NCBI RefSeq assembly: GCF_006345805.1 | Contig: NC_043011.1 | Coordinates: forward strand, 32,562,464-32,626,463 | From: Octopus sinensis | Taxonomy: Eukaryota | Length of the DNA stretch: 64,000 nucleotides | Direction: 5' to 3' | Part shown: positions 37,909 to 50,536 of the stretch, piece after piece | Position numbering within the stretch: the first letter of the stretch is position 1 | How the letters are laid out: every line of letters begins with the position of its first letter | Notes under the pieces: generated by a model | What the model saw: only the letters and a program-made list of their open reading frames with translations | The model's database searches: none | Told to the model about the DNA's origin: nothing | Position numbers and translations under genes: made by a program

Positions 37909-38580
37909 ACGCATTATGAAAGGCGTTCCAGCTGTGACAGTCTCGTTTGTTGTTGCTGTTGTTATAACTCGGGATTACAATAGATTGAATCTACGCATTA
38001 TGAAAGGCGTTCCAGCCGTGACAGTCTCGTTTGTTATTGCTGTTGTTATAACTCGGGGTTACACTAGATTGAATCTACGCATTATGAAAGGCGTTCCAGC
38101 CGTGACAGTCTCGTTTGTTGTTGCTGTTGTTATAACTCGGGATTACACTAGATTGAATCTGCGCATTATGAAAGGCGTCCCAGCCGTGACAGTCTCGTTT
38201 GTTGTTGCTGTTGTTATAACTCGGGATTACACTAGATTGAATCTACGCATTATGAAAGGCGTTCCAGCCGTGACAGTCTCGTTTGTTGTTCCTGTTGTTA
38301 TAACTCAGAATTACACTTGAGTTGACGCATTATGAAAGGCTTTCCATCCGTGACAGTCTCGTCTGTTATTGCAGTTGTATTTGTCATTGTTATAACTCAG
38401 GATTACACTTAATCGAGTAGGCACATTACAAAAGGCGTTCCATCCGTGACAGTGTTGTCTGTTGACGGTGATGTTTTATTGCAGTTGTAGTGTTGTTGTC
38501 ATGTTGACATAACTCAGGGTTACAATGTGAGTGAATACACGTATTATGACAGATGTTCCAGTCGTGACAGTCCCATTTGT
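37909..38580. repeat. 84-bp minisatellite, 5 near-identical plus about 3 degenerate units
   Basis: Unit starts at 37909, 37993, 38077, 38161, 38245 and 38325, then degenerate copies at about 38421 and 38540. Confidence 0.95.
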
Positions 38581-38929
38581 TTACGACCCCGTAGACTTAG
38601 CGACATAGATAAAGAAACCAATGAAATAAGTTCGAGACAGTTTTTCAAGGAAGTAAGTTCTAGGTCCATTTGCTTGGCTAAAATGCTTCAGCTTATGTAC
38701 AGAACCTCCCTCAAATCAGTCTTGTTTATGGCTAAACTGGAACGCCTTTCATAATACGTAGATTCAATCAAGTGTAATTCTGTGTTACAACAGCAGCAAC
38801 AGACGAGACTGTTATGGATGGAACGTCTAGGCGTGTAAGTTCCGATGTTTAACTCTTCGTTGGACCAAGGACCAACCATTTATTATTGCGCATTTCCGCG
38901 CTATCCATAAAGTAATATTTGTTAAATTT

Positions 38930-38978
<49 letters not shown>

Positions 38979-39139
38979 GCATGATACAGAACAAGAATTT
39001 AGCGCTTTATAAGTATATATTTGTAATTATTAGCGTTTAATGGAGAGGAATTAAAATATAATTTATTGACTGAAAAACACATTTATTGAAAGAAATCAAC
39101 ATTATTTATAGTCTTATAAACTATACATATAGCACTAAA

Positions 39140-39518
39140 TCTTTATATATAAAAGAGAGGTTGTGTGTCTGTCTCCTACGATTTAGATTCCTAACTACTC
39201 CCACATTTTGCGGTGCAGTTTAACCAAAACCGGGTATCTTATAGTCGCGATTCTGGGTATTAGCGCGCGTCTACGATGAGTCTACGATAAAAAAAAATTA
39301 CCATCAATTTTTCCCATTTTTAATGCATTTTTGGTATATATAAGGGAAGTAACTCTCTAAAAATTTATTATTAAATCTCAGAACGTAAAAAGCTACAGTA
39401 ACACCCCACCCCCTTTGTGGTTAGCCATATTGAGATGGCTATTATACTTTACATCACTAAAAATGCTTATATAGTTATTTCCCTTACAAACCCGAGCAAC
39501 GCCGGGCGATACAGCTAG
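39140..39518 (+). mobile_element. Non-autonomous Helitron
   Basis: 5' TC after A (39139), hairpin CCCGAGCAACGCCGGG at 39491-39506, 3' CTAG at 39515-39518 followed by T. Confidence 0.85.
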
Positions 39519-39949
39519 TATAGAATAAAACAAAATTATTTAGTTTAGCGTTTCATACCAGTACAAATACGAAGAAAATTGACTTACAGTTCATCGGAAT
39601 ATCTGAAAAAAGAACAGAAAAGAATAATTTCACAGAAGGCCAGTGAAGTCCAGTTGGACCCCATTGACCATATTTTATACTATAATATCCATATGACTGG
39701 AAACTGTTAACTCGAAATGTGTATGTGCATACATAGGCTACTGACAATAAAAGCCATGAGATATAAAAATGATTTAAATAAAAATGTAAAAGTTGCATAA
39801 CTTTTAAAATTTGCTGGAGTCCCAAGTAGCGGAAATATAAATCAAATACAGAAATATAATACAAAATAAATGGGTGAATGATAATTTTTATTCAGTTAAA
39901 ATGGCGACTGTCGCCTCTCGTTTTTCTTTTATTTCGTCTTATTCATTAT

Positions 39950-40630
39950 CCAGTCATTGAGTGGAACACATCCTGGGATACCAACTTGAAAGATTTGCTC
40001 GACCGAATTGACAGCAATACATTTTATTTTTCTACCTTTTTTTAAAGTCTGGTTCTTTCTCTACGGGTATTTTTTGCTGAACCGCTAAGTTGCGGGGACG
40101 TAAGCAAACCAAGTCAGACGTCAAGCAATGTAGGGAGCAGACACACACACACATACACACATACACACACACACACACACACACCACACACACACACACA
40201 CATACAGGAACACGCGCGCTGGTATATATTACAGGCTTCTTTCAGTTTCTACCAAATCCACTCACAAGGCTTTGATCAGCTAGGCGTGACTGTGTAGTGA
40301 GAATCTTGCTTCCCACCCAAATGATTCCGGGTTCAGTCCCACTGCGTGGTACTTTGGGTGTGTGTCTGTTACTATAGTTTCGGGCCTTGTGAGTGAATCT
40401 GATAAACGAAAACACTGACAGAAATGCGCGCGCGCGTGTGTGCGTGTTTTTCTGTCTGTGTTTGACCCCCATCACCGTTTGACAACCGGTGTTTACGAGT
40501 TTGCATCCCCGTATCTTAACAGTTCGGCAAAAGTCACCGATAGACTAAGTGCCAAGCTTTAAAAAAAAAAACCTAAATCTCTTCAAAGTGGTGCCCCAGC
40601 ATGGTCGCAGTCTAATGACTGAAACAAGTA
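39950..40630. mobile_element. Adjacent inverted SINE type A copies (minus about 39950-40275, plus about 40284-40630)
   Basis: Type A body in both orientations, separated by about 10 bp. Confidence 0.75.
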
Positions 40631-40748
40631 ATAATTTGTATATATATTAGTTTTCTATGATATATAGTTTTCTATTATATATCGTACAATAACACCATAC
40701 AGAACCCCATCCCCCCTCCACCAAAAATAAAAATTATAGAATAAAATC

Positions 40749-41090
40749 AACAAGAGCACTCACAGAGCGCAAACCTCCTCTCAATGTTTAGCCAGAGATG
40801 ATCCTTAAAATGAGAATATCTGTAATAAACTCGACTGCTCTCACAAACGGCAATACAAAAAATGAACCCAAACGCTCTCAAAATTTAAGTGAAAAAATAG
40901 GAATAATATTCCAGAATCCTTGTTCAGTACCGGATTCATCCCAAAATCTAATCAGCTCGTGCTGGTCACAAGACCAAACATCCCTGAAAGTTTCATCCGA
41001 GCCTATCCAGTGATTCTTGAGATATCTTGTCCACGGACAAATAAACACAACAGAAAACAATACCTCTGCCTTCGCTAAGGCGGAGGTAAT
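40749..41090 (+). mobile_element. Non-autonomous Helentron/HINE-like element
   Basis: 3' hairpin CCTCTGCCTT-cgct-AAGGCGGAGG (41063-41086) and a matching subterminal CCTCC near the 5' end. Family assignment is from recall. Confidence 0.5.
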
Positions 41091-41416
41091 AAATAAAAAA
41101 AAAAACAGAAATCAATACTCAAGTAAAAACTTCATTCAAAGAATAAATGCAGGCAAAAAATAAAGAAAAACAATACAACAAGCTAGTGCAGTTTAGCAAT
41201 AAAGAACTTCGATATCTTGGCTGTTTGTGGTGCTTTGAATTCAGGCCGACATAATAGATTTTCCGAGATATACAAATGTCGCCGCAGGCTACCGTAAGTT
41301 ATTTGCGACCTATTTCCGAACCATATGGCCTGCCTTGTGCATCACAGACTCAAACAACACAGCTCGATATGTCGCCGGTCCGTTGTATCTTAAAACTAAT
41401 ATTTCCGTTTCAATCC

Positions 41417-41503
<87 letters not shown>

Positions 41504-41521
41504 ACCACACGCACACACACA

Positions 41522-42812
41522 CAGGGTGTTCAAAAAGTCTCTCCGCAGTAAGTATTTTATTGCAAAATAAATATTTATAAGATGGTATAAGACTACAAAA
41601 GAATATATTAGACTTGACAAGACTTTAAGAAACTTTATAAGAGGTGTTGAAAGTGTCGTCCTTCATTTTCAATACACAAGTTGACTCTTCTACACTTGTT
41701 TTGAGATACATCTTGGAGAATTTGACGCGGTATGGACCATGTGCAGATTATGATTGAGTCTTTTAGCTCATTAATAGTTTTCGGGCGATTTTTGTACGCT
41801 GATCCTTTACTTGCTCCTCAGAAAAAAAAATGCCTGGCGGTGTTGAATCAGGTGATCTTGATGACTAAAGTCCCTTTGAAATAATCTGTTCACTGAAAAT
41901 CTCTTGAAGTAGCGCCATGGTGATACGCGAAGTATGTACTGTAGCTCCATCTTGCTGAAAGTATGCATTAATATTTTCACTTTCAGTGTGTTAGCCTACA
42001 AATGGATAGACAATATTTGAGCAATATCTCTCGGTGTTGATGGTGCCTTCAAAAATATCGGTCCCACAATACGCTTTCTCGAAATTGCTATACGTACTCC
42101 AACTTTTTCGGGATGCATAAGTTGCTCATGCGTCGCGTGTGGATTCCCAGTGCTCCATAACCTTGTGTTTTGCGAATTTATGTGTCTCAACAGATGAAAG
42201 CAAGCCTCATCGGTGTAAAAACACCCATACAGCACTTCTGTGCCTTTTTCGGCAATAAAGTTCTGGAACCAATGACAATAATGAAGCCTTTTAGTATGAT
42301 CCGTAGTCGTCAATATTTGAATGGCCTGCACTTTCTATGGAAAGAAATTTAATTTCTTTTTTACTGCCGTGTGAGAACTAACTAGGTTGATTTCCGTTTT
42401 CTGTGACAATTTACGGAAGGACTTTCACGGGCTTGCCAGCAATTTATCAGAAATATTGGAGAGTGTTTCGTCTGAAAGAACAGTAGGCCTACCGCTTCAT
42501 CCTGCATATTCTATTGAGCCTGTGTTTCTAAATTTTCTTATCAAATCCCGCGCAGTGTTACGATGTGGAACAGCAGTATTTGGAAAAGTTTCACTTAACT
42601 TCTGTTTAACAGTATCTGTGTATTTGTTTCCACCTCGAAATACCCATTCAACTAAAAACGTAAGTTCTTCAATGGTTAGGAAGTCGACACGCTGAAGGGT
42701 ACACAATGACTGAGGAACAATGGCAGACATCCGGCCGCCCATGTAGTGATAGCCAAGTTGCGCATGCACAGGATGAAAAAATTCACTGCAGAGATCCCTT
42801 TTGAACATCCTG
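41522..42812 (-). mobile_element. Full-length but decayed Tc1/mariner transposon (rosa/DD41D-like)
   Basis: 28-bp TIRs with 23 of 28 matches. Transposase pieces include RKFRNTGS, TDEACFHLLRHINSQNTRLWSTGNPH, YFQQDGATVHT, SRSPDSTPPG and ENEGRHFQHLL*. Confidence 0.92.
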
Positions 42813-42989
42813 TGTGTGTGTATGTATGTATGTATGTATATATATATATGTGTGTGTGTGTACATATATACGAGCAAAACGCCCCCCCGTCCATTGGACG
42901 TTGCTTAGTTGTCAGACATTTAGACCAAATTTTCTCAAAACAATTTGTCCAACCGTCCCATAGGCCTCCACTTTGAGAAACACTGATTT

Positions 42990-43254
42990 AACCTAAATTT
43001 GAGACACCAGCAAAAGAAGAAATAAAGATAGACTTTTTTTCTATTCAAAGAAAAACGATTTTGCAAATGCACGTTCCCACGGTTTTATCGATCGCATTCT
43101 CACCTGGAATCAATTTTTGTAATTTTTTCAAGACGTATACATGCCCTGATACCTTCGGTATCTACAAATCAAATTTGAGCGCAATCGGATGGAGGATGCC
43201 CGAGACCTTAGAAGACATACACACACACAGACAGAACGGATTTTATATAATAGA
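42990..43254 (-). mobile_element. Helitron/DINE-1-like non-autonomous element, 5' part
   Basis: Minus strand begins A|TCTATTATATAAAATCCGTTCTGTCTGTGTG...CCGATTGCGCTCAAATTTG; no clean 3' CTAG found. Confidence 0.45.
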
Positions 43255-43347
43255 TATATATATATACGTGTATGTATGTGTAAGTGTCTAAATATATAAA
43301 TACATACATGCATATATTCATATATATATATATGCATGTATATATAT

Positions 43348-43380
<33 letters not shown>

Positions 43381-43446
43381 CATATATATATATGTGTGTG
43401 TGTGGTGTGTGTGTATGTGTGTGTGTGTGTGTGTGTGTGCGTGTGT

Positions 43447-43737
43447 GGAGGCGCAATGGCCCAGTGGTTAGGGCAGCGGACTCGCGGTCGGGGGATCGCG
43501 GTTTCGATTCCCAGACCGGGCGTTGTGTGTGTTTATTGAGCGAAAACACCTAAAAGCTCCACGAGGCTCCGGCGTGGGGTGGTGATCCCTGCTGTACTCT
43601 ATCACCACTCTTTCTTCTGTTGGCCTGCTCGCTTAGCCAGCGGGGTGGCGTCATTCAAAGGCTAAAACAATGCGAACGCATTGTGACCAGCGATGTGTAA
43701 AAACATCTGATGGTCTGGTCCGTCACGTGATCACGTG

Positions 43738-43738
<1 letters not shown>
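43447..43738 (+). mobile_element. SINE with type B head and a fourth tail type (T4)
   Basis: B head and shortened body, then ggcctgctcgcttagccagcggggtggcgtcatt...gtcacgtgatcacgtgat. Confidence 0.8.
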
Positions 43739-43783
<45 letters not shown>

Positions 43784-43857
43784 TGTGTGTGAGTGTGTGT
43801 GTGTGTGTATGCATTTATGCATGTAGGAATGTATGTATGTATTTATGTACGTACATA

Positions 43858-44074
43858 CGACGGGGTGCTGAAGAGTTTCTGCGGTTGAGTAAAAGAAAGT
43901 ACAGGGGGAATCAGTTAATTATAATTCTATTCAACATATTCCCCTCTCAGATTCACACACTTCTTGCAGTAGTCCTTCAGTTTTTCTAAGCCCTGTAAAA
44001 GAACTCGGAAGGTTGGGCCTCCAATCAACCTTTTGCGATACCCTTAAAGCCAAGTACTTTTTTGCACCCTTTCA
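43858..44074 (-). mobile_element. Mariner-derived MITE retaining the transposase C-terminal tip
   Basis: TA flanks and imperfect TIRs (cgacggggtgctgaagagtt vs reverse complement tgaaagggtgcaaaaaagta). Minus-strand LEKLKDYCKKCVNLRGEYVE*. Confidence 0.75.
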
Positions 44075-44184
44075 TATGCATGTAGGCACGTATCCATGTA
44101 TTTATGTTCATACATACATACCTATAAATATCGTGAATATTAGTTTGAAAAGCCCTTTTGGATAAAGAAAATAAAAACGGCGAA

Positions 44185-44464
44185 GGTTGTGCGTAGGACC
44201 CAAACCCACATCCCCTGTAGACCTAACCGGCTTTCTACCATTGTACCAAAGCTTTATATATGCTTCGAGAACCAGTTCCAAGAAAGACTTATTCTATGTT
44301 CTCTTGAAAGTTTGTCAGTTGTTATGACGTCAACAACAAACAATTCCCGCTGCTAAGAGTAAGGTTCCTAAAATGGATAGAGGAATTCTAAGGTTTGCTT
44401 TGATACAATGGAAGAACGCCTGCCATGTCTACAGGAGATGCGGGTTCGAGTCCCAGAGCCGACC
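44185..44464. other. Divergent pair of 68-bp tRNA-like (Asp-like) heads: minus 44185-44252 and plus 44397-44464
   Basis: gcttt(g/a)...caatgg.agaa.gcc.g...gtctacagg.gatg.gggtt.g.gtcc; about 75% identical by eye. The plus copy has B-box GGGTTCGAGTCCC. Confidence 0.65.
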
Positions 44465-44592
44465 TTCTATCCACAATATTCAGAAAATTTTCCAGTCACC
44501 CAAGTCTTGGTGTTTGACATTCATATAACTGAGGGTGGTGATTTTGGGATGGTCTTAAGTGCTTTTGGATTTACTACATGATAAACTAAGAA

Positions 44593-44759
44593 CAGGACCG
44601 GCCCAAGGTACCGGAAACTCGGGCAGTCGCTCGGGGCGCCATGTGCTAGGAGGTGCCAAGGAGGGCGTGACAGAGACAAAGGAAATTTCCACGACCGTCA
44701 GCTTGCACACGCCGAAGTTTATCTTGTTCGGAGCTCCAACGACCCTAGGGCCGGCTCTG
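44593..44759. mobile_element. hAT-type MITE
   Basis: TIRs CAGGACCGGCCC and GGGCCGGCTCTG; degenerate 8-bp TSD actaagaa / acaaagag. Confidence 0.7.
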
Positions 44760-44829
44760 ACAAAGAGAAGCTTTAACTTGCAGCTCCCCAAAGCAACCGT
44801 CTGCCAATATAGGAATCAGACAAAGCGGT

Positions 44830-45035
44830 GGGCTGGCAAAATCATTACATTGCTGGGCAAAATGCTCAGCGGCATTTCATCCGCCTTCACGTTCACGAAT
44901 TAAAATTCCGCCAAGGTCGACTTTGCCTTTCATCTGTTCGTAGTCGATAAAATAAGCACCATTTTAAACATTAGGGTCGACGTCACCGGCTTATCTCCTT
45001 CCCGTATTTGCTAGCCTTGGGTCAAAACTTGAAAT
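44830..45035 (+). mobile_element. SINE type C
   Basis: gggctggcaaaatcatt...aattccgccaaggtcgactttgcctttcatc. Confidence 0.75.
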
Positions 45036-45070
45036 AAGTCAGACAATCTATAGACTTCTCAGCTGGAATT

Positions 45071-45459
45071 GGAAGGAGGAAGCACTCCGTCGGTTGCGAC
45101 GACGAGGGTTCCGGTTGATCCGAATCAACGGAACAGCCTGCTCGTGAAATTAACGTGTAAGTGGCTGAGCACTCCACAGACACGTGTACCCTTAACGTAG
45201 TTCTCGGGGATATTCAGCGTGACACAGAGAGTGACAAGGCCGGCCCTTTGAAATACAGGTACAACAGAAACAGGAAGTAAGTGTGAGAGAAAGTTGTGGT
45301 GAAAGAGTACAGCAGGGATCACCACCATCCCCTGCCAGAGCCTCATGGAGCTTTAGGTGTTTTTGCTCAATAAACACTCACAACGCCCGGTCTGGGAATC
45401 GAAACCGCCATCCTATGACCGCGAGTCCGCTGCCCTAACCACTGGGCCATTGCGCCACC
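45071..45459 (-). mobile_element. SINE type B (tail T1)
   Basis: Consensus match; TSD agacttctcagct on both sides. Confidence 0.92.
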
Positions 45460-45697
45460 ACAGACTTCTCAGCTATGGATAACCGGTCTGACATCCTTTT
45501 CCAGTAAAACCTCGATCTTATCTTCACTGAAAATTTGCTGGGGAAGAAAGACATTGACTTCAATAATCTTCGCAAATATTGCAAGAAACTCGGCCACTGC
45601 TACTGCGTCAGCCGATGCACTTTCACGTTATGAAAATTGTGTCGCTGCTTCAATCCTAAAGACCATCCTGAACCAGCCTTGAAATCATTGTTGTGAA

Positions 45698-46445
45698 GGC
45701 ACTCGGCTTAGTGGTTAGGGGCATTTCGCTCATGATCATGAGGTTGTGAGTTCGATGCCCGGTGGCGCTTTGTTACATTCAGAAAGATGCTTTATTTATT
45801 AAGGCGGCGAGCTGGCAGAAACGTTAGCACGCCGGGCGAAATGCTTTGCGGTATTTCGTCCGCCGCTGCGTTCTGAGTTCAAATTCCGCCGAGGTCGACT
45901 TTGCTTTTCATCCTTTCAGGGTCGATAAATTAAGTGCCAGTTACGCACTGGGGTCGATATAATCGACTTAAACCGTTTGTCTGTCCTTGTTTGTCCCCCT
46001 CCCTCTGTGTTTAGCCCCTTGTGGGCAGTAAAGAAATAGGTATTTCGTCTGCCACTACGTTCTGAGTTCAAATTCCACCACGGACGACTTTGCCTTTCAT
46101 CCTTTCGGGGTCGATTAAATAAGTACCAGTTACGCAGTGAGGTCGATATAATCGACTTAATCCGTTTGTCTGTCCTTGTTTGTCCCCCTTCTGTGTTTAG
46201 CCCTTGCGGGTAGTAAAGAAATAAGAAAGACGCTTTATTTCACGTTGTTCCAGTTACACTTAGCTGATTAAATGAGTAGGACCTGTATTCCTAAGAGCCA
46301 TCTCTGTCACATTTTGTGTCACACTGAATCTTCCTGAGAACTATTTAAAAGGGTGAGCGTGTCTGTGAAGTGCTCAGTCATTTATAAGTTTATTTCACGA
46401 GCAAGCTGTTCCGTTGATCAGATCAACTGGAACCAACGGAGTGCC
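45698..46445 (+). mobile_element. Old SINE (type D head plus tail T1) interrupted by a young type C dimer (45801-46223)
   Basis: 17-bp TSD agaaaga(t/c)gctttattt at 45781-45797 and 46224-46240. Confidence 0.85.
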
Positions 46446-46499
46446 AGTTTTTTGTTTTGTTTTGTTTTGTTTTGTTTTGTTGGGGTTATTGTACAATGA

Positions 46500-46790
46500 A
46501 AGCGTTTCTCTTGAATTATCAACTAGCTCACGGTGATATGCTGACGAGTCTGCCGTTCAGACCAAAGGAAAGAAAGCCGCTCCATTTTTGCCTTCTTTCT
46601 TGGTGAATACGGGGCTTTTCATCTCTAGGGTAATATCTCGAGAAAGAGTTAAAATGCTTTGCTTATCATGAATAATGGCAGTTACCGACGACCGACTTAA
46701 GCCAGACGCACGCGTTATCGCTACCGTCTTTTTAACATTTCCATAGCGTTTGGTCATTGCCAACTTATTATCTTGCAAAGAAATAGCTTA
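46500..46790 (-). mobile_element. Tigger/pogo transposase N-terminal fragment (CENP-B-type HTH domains)
   Basis: ISLQDNKLAMTKRYGNVKKTVAITRASGLSRSSVTAIIHDK and, after a frameshift, ERLSFLWSERQTRQHITVS*LIIQEK. Confidence 0.75.
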
Positions 46791-47270
46791 GCACTCTGGA
46801 CAACCAGGGCTAGATTTAACAATAGGGGAGCTTCCTTGGGGCACGAAGTGTATGGCGTATGAAAAACAAAAAAGAAGCACAAATTTAAACACGGTAAACA
46901 CAGACACACGTTTAAATTTTCTGGTCCGAGCTACGTCACCTCGCGGTGAAAAGCTGGAACTATGGATCCTGAAAACCATGTAAATAAGTTTAAGTATTTT
47001 AACTATGTACATAAAAAGAAATTAATTGCCTTTATTTGTTTTAATAGTTAATTTGTACATATATTCAAATGTATTTCATGGGATTTTCCCCTCCAGTGTT
47101 GACTTTTAGGTGAATTTTTAAAAATTCATACTTTCATATATAAAACCGACGTAAGTTGAATAAATCGACTTAAATTGAGGTTTAGTTTTTTCATTAATTT
47201 CTTTAAAAAATCGATGTAAAGTTGAAAAAAAAAACGTAACTCGAAACGACTTAAGTTAAGGTATGCCTAC

Positions 47271-47313
<43 letters not shown>

Positions 47314-48321
47314 GTGTGCGTCCGAGTACGTGTGTGTGTTTATGTAAATATGTATGTATAGGACCTTTTGTACTCAAGTCACAAAGGAACTAACATTACA
47401 AAACAAAGTAATACAACCTGCTAAAATAATAATACGTTGACCCGCCCGTCCCATTGTAGCCGTTAATGATAAACACACATAATTAATGCTCGTTCTGAAC
47501 AGAAAAAAGAGTCACACGGTAACATTATTAATTTCCATTTTATCTTATCTTATCTTATTGCATTTTCTTTCCTTCTTTTCCTAATTCTCTGAAATTCATT
47601 TCATTTGTATTTCCATTTACATTAGATAGAGATACGAAAATACGGCTATATTACACCTACTTTTACTAATATGTCTCTCTCTTGTTTGATTAGCTATATA
47701 ATTTCCAACCGTCACTGGTGTCCCACTCAATCACATATCTTGTAGGAATCATCTTGAAAAATACCAGAAGATATCTAGAAGAAACAGCATACCCTGTTAT
47801 CAACTTATTTACAATTTCCTTTACAAGCGGATTAAAGAAATTGTAATATAGTTTTTACTTTTCGTTCATTTTTATTTACTCATTATTAGTTTTTCATTAT
47901 TTGTTCACAATCTACTCGGTAATTTTATCCCTCAATACATTTTTTTCTTCTTTTCCTTCACTCCCACCAATTTCCAACGTCACTTCTTCTTTTAATGTTT
48001 CTTCGCCACTTTTAATTCCATTCGTGTTATGATCTAAGGATCTTTTATTTGATGAAACATTCATTATACTTTTCATGTTCTTTCTTCTGGGTTTTCTCTT
48101 TTTTTTTCTCAGGTTCTTTCACTCATTATCTTATTTATACCTTCATAAAAACACACCCTCAACTGCCAAAAAAAACAACAACTTACAAAACAGTATGTTG
48201 TTAGCTTTTCGCTATGGAGCGATCTATTGTAATTTCTCTGGCAAAGCTTTGATTGTTTTCGAAGTCATTATTATTATCATCATCATCATCGTCCTCATCA
48301 TCATCATCATCATTATTATTT

Positions 48322-48727
48322 AGGCGGCGAGCTGCAAAATCGTTAGCGCGCTAGAGGAAATAAATGCTTAGCAGTATTACGCCCGTCTTTATGTTCTGAG
48401 TTCAAATCCTGCCGAGGTCGACTTTGCCTTTCATCCTTTCGGGATCGATAAATTAACTACAAGTGAAACACTGGGGTCGATGTAATCGACTAGTCCCTTC
48501 CCCAAAATTTCAGTTTTTGCGCTTATAATAGAAAGGCTTGACAAAATCGTTGGCGTGCCGGACGAAATGCTCAGCGGTATTTTACCCCTCATTCCGTTCT
48601 GAGTTCAAATTCCGCCAGGACCGAATTTGCCTTTTATCCTTTCGGGGTCGATAAAATAAGTTCCAATTGAACACTGGGGTCGATGTAATCGACTCATCCC
48701 GTCCCCCAAGATGGCTGCCCTTGAAAC

Positions 48728-48785
<58 letters not shown>

Positions 48786-49040
48786 GTTATTATTATTATT
48801 ATTACTATTATTATTATTAAGGCGGCGTGCTGGCAGAATTGTTAGCACGCTGGACGAAATGCTTAGTGGTATTTTGCCTGTCACTATGTTTTGAGTTCAA
48901 ATTCCGCCGATGTTGACTTTGCCTTTCATCCTTTTGGGGTCGATAAATTAAGTAACAGTTGTGCACTGGTTCGTTGAAAACGACTGCCTCCCCCCCACCA
49001 CAAAAAAATTGAGGCCTTGTGCCTATAATAGAAAGGATTA
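48322..49040 (+). mobile_element. Three head-to-tail SINE type C copies with (ATT)n spacer
   Basis: Heads at about 48322, 48535 and 48820; (ATT)n at about 48727-48818. Confidence 0.88.
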
Positions 49041-49050
49041 TTATTTTTAG

Positions 49051-49105
<55 letters not shown>

Positions 49106-49655
49106 GAGTGAGAGAGCAGTGCATGTCATCAAAGTCATGCTGGGGTAAAATATATGAAGCCCAGTATATCCATCATGACTACACGTCTGATAAAGGTACA
49201 CCAGGCACATACGTCACAACCATATGTGCGCGACATGGTGATCTCATATCAAGATAAAAAGCGCATGACCTTGCAGGTGGGGTCAGTTATAATTTTCTTC
49301 AAGTCAAGTAGCCCATCCCGCTCAAAAGGGCCCTGAATGAGGGTTGTTTAAGGATGTTGAACGAAACATCCATGTTTTCAAAATTGAATTATCCAAACCC
49401 CAAAGAATCCCTCTCCACACATGGCTATGATGCTCCCCCACTACTTCTGCTCGCGATGAGAGATGCACATATCGTCAGCCACTAAGGGACATGCTCAACT
49501 GGTTACGGTCAAACAACTGACAAGCAAATCTGTGGTATTGAGCAGAATATTTGCTGTAGCCCATCTTTTATACCAAGACAAAACAAAGTACATGATAACA
49601 CTTCCAATCAGTTTAGATCAGAAGCCATGAGAGCCACTGTCTGGTACTGCATCAG
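49106..49655. mobile_element. Defined-length element E (about 555 bp) in (ATT)n, copy 1
   Basis: Starts gagtgagagagcagtgcat and ends ctggtactgcatcag; colinear with copy 2. Confidence 0.85.
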
Positions 49656-49660
49656 TACCA

Positions 49661-49723
<63 letters not shown>

Positions 49724-49737
49724 TAATAATAATAATA

Positions 49738-49803
<66 letters not shown>

Positions 49804-49828
49804 TATTATTATTATTATTATTATTATT

Positions 49829-50383
49829 GAGTGAGAGAGCAGTGCATGCCATCAAAGTGACACTGGGGTAAAATATACGAAGCCCAGTATACCCATCATG
49901 ACTACCCGTCTGATAAGAGTACACCAGGCACATGCATCACAACCATATGTGCGCGACATGGTGATCTCATAACAAGATGAATAGCGCATGACCTTGCGGG
50001 TGGGGCCCAGTTAGAATTTTCTTCTGGTCGGGTAACCCATCCCACTCAAAAGGTCCCTGATTAAAGGTTGTTTAAGGATGTTGAATGAAACACCCATGTT
50101 TCCAGAGGTGAATTATTGAAACCCCAAAGAATCCCTCTCCACACATGGCTATGATGCTCCCCCACTACTTCTGCTCATGATCAGAGATGCACATATTGTC
50201 AGCCACTGAGGGACATGCTCAACTGGTTAAGGTCAAACAACTGACAAGCAAATCTGTGGTATTGAGCAGAATATTTGCTGTAGCCCATCTTTAATACCAA
50301 GACAAAACAATGTCCATGATAATACTTCCAATCAGTTAAGATCAGAAGCCATGAGAGCCACTGTCTGGTACTGCATTAGGGCA
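49829..50383. mobile_element. Element E, copy 2
   Basis: Same start and end as copy 1, with (ATT)n on both sides. Confidence 0.85.
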
Positions 50384-50456
<73 letters not shown>

Positions 50457-50466
50457 ATTGTAATTA

Positions 50467-50536
<70 letters not shown>

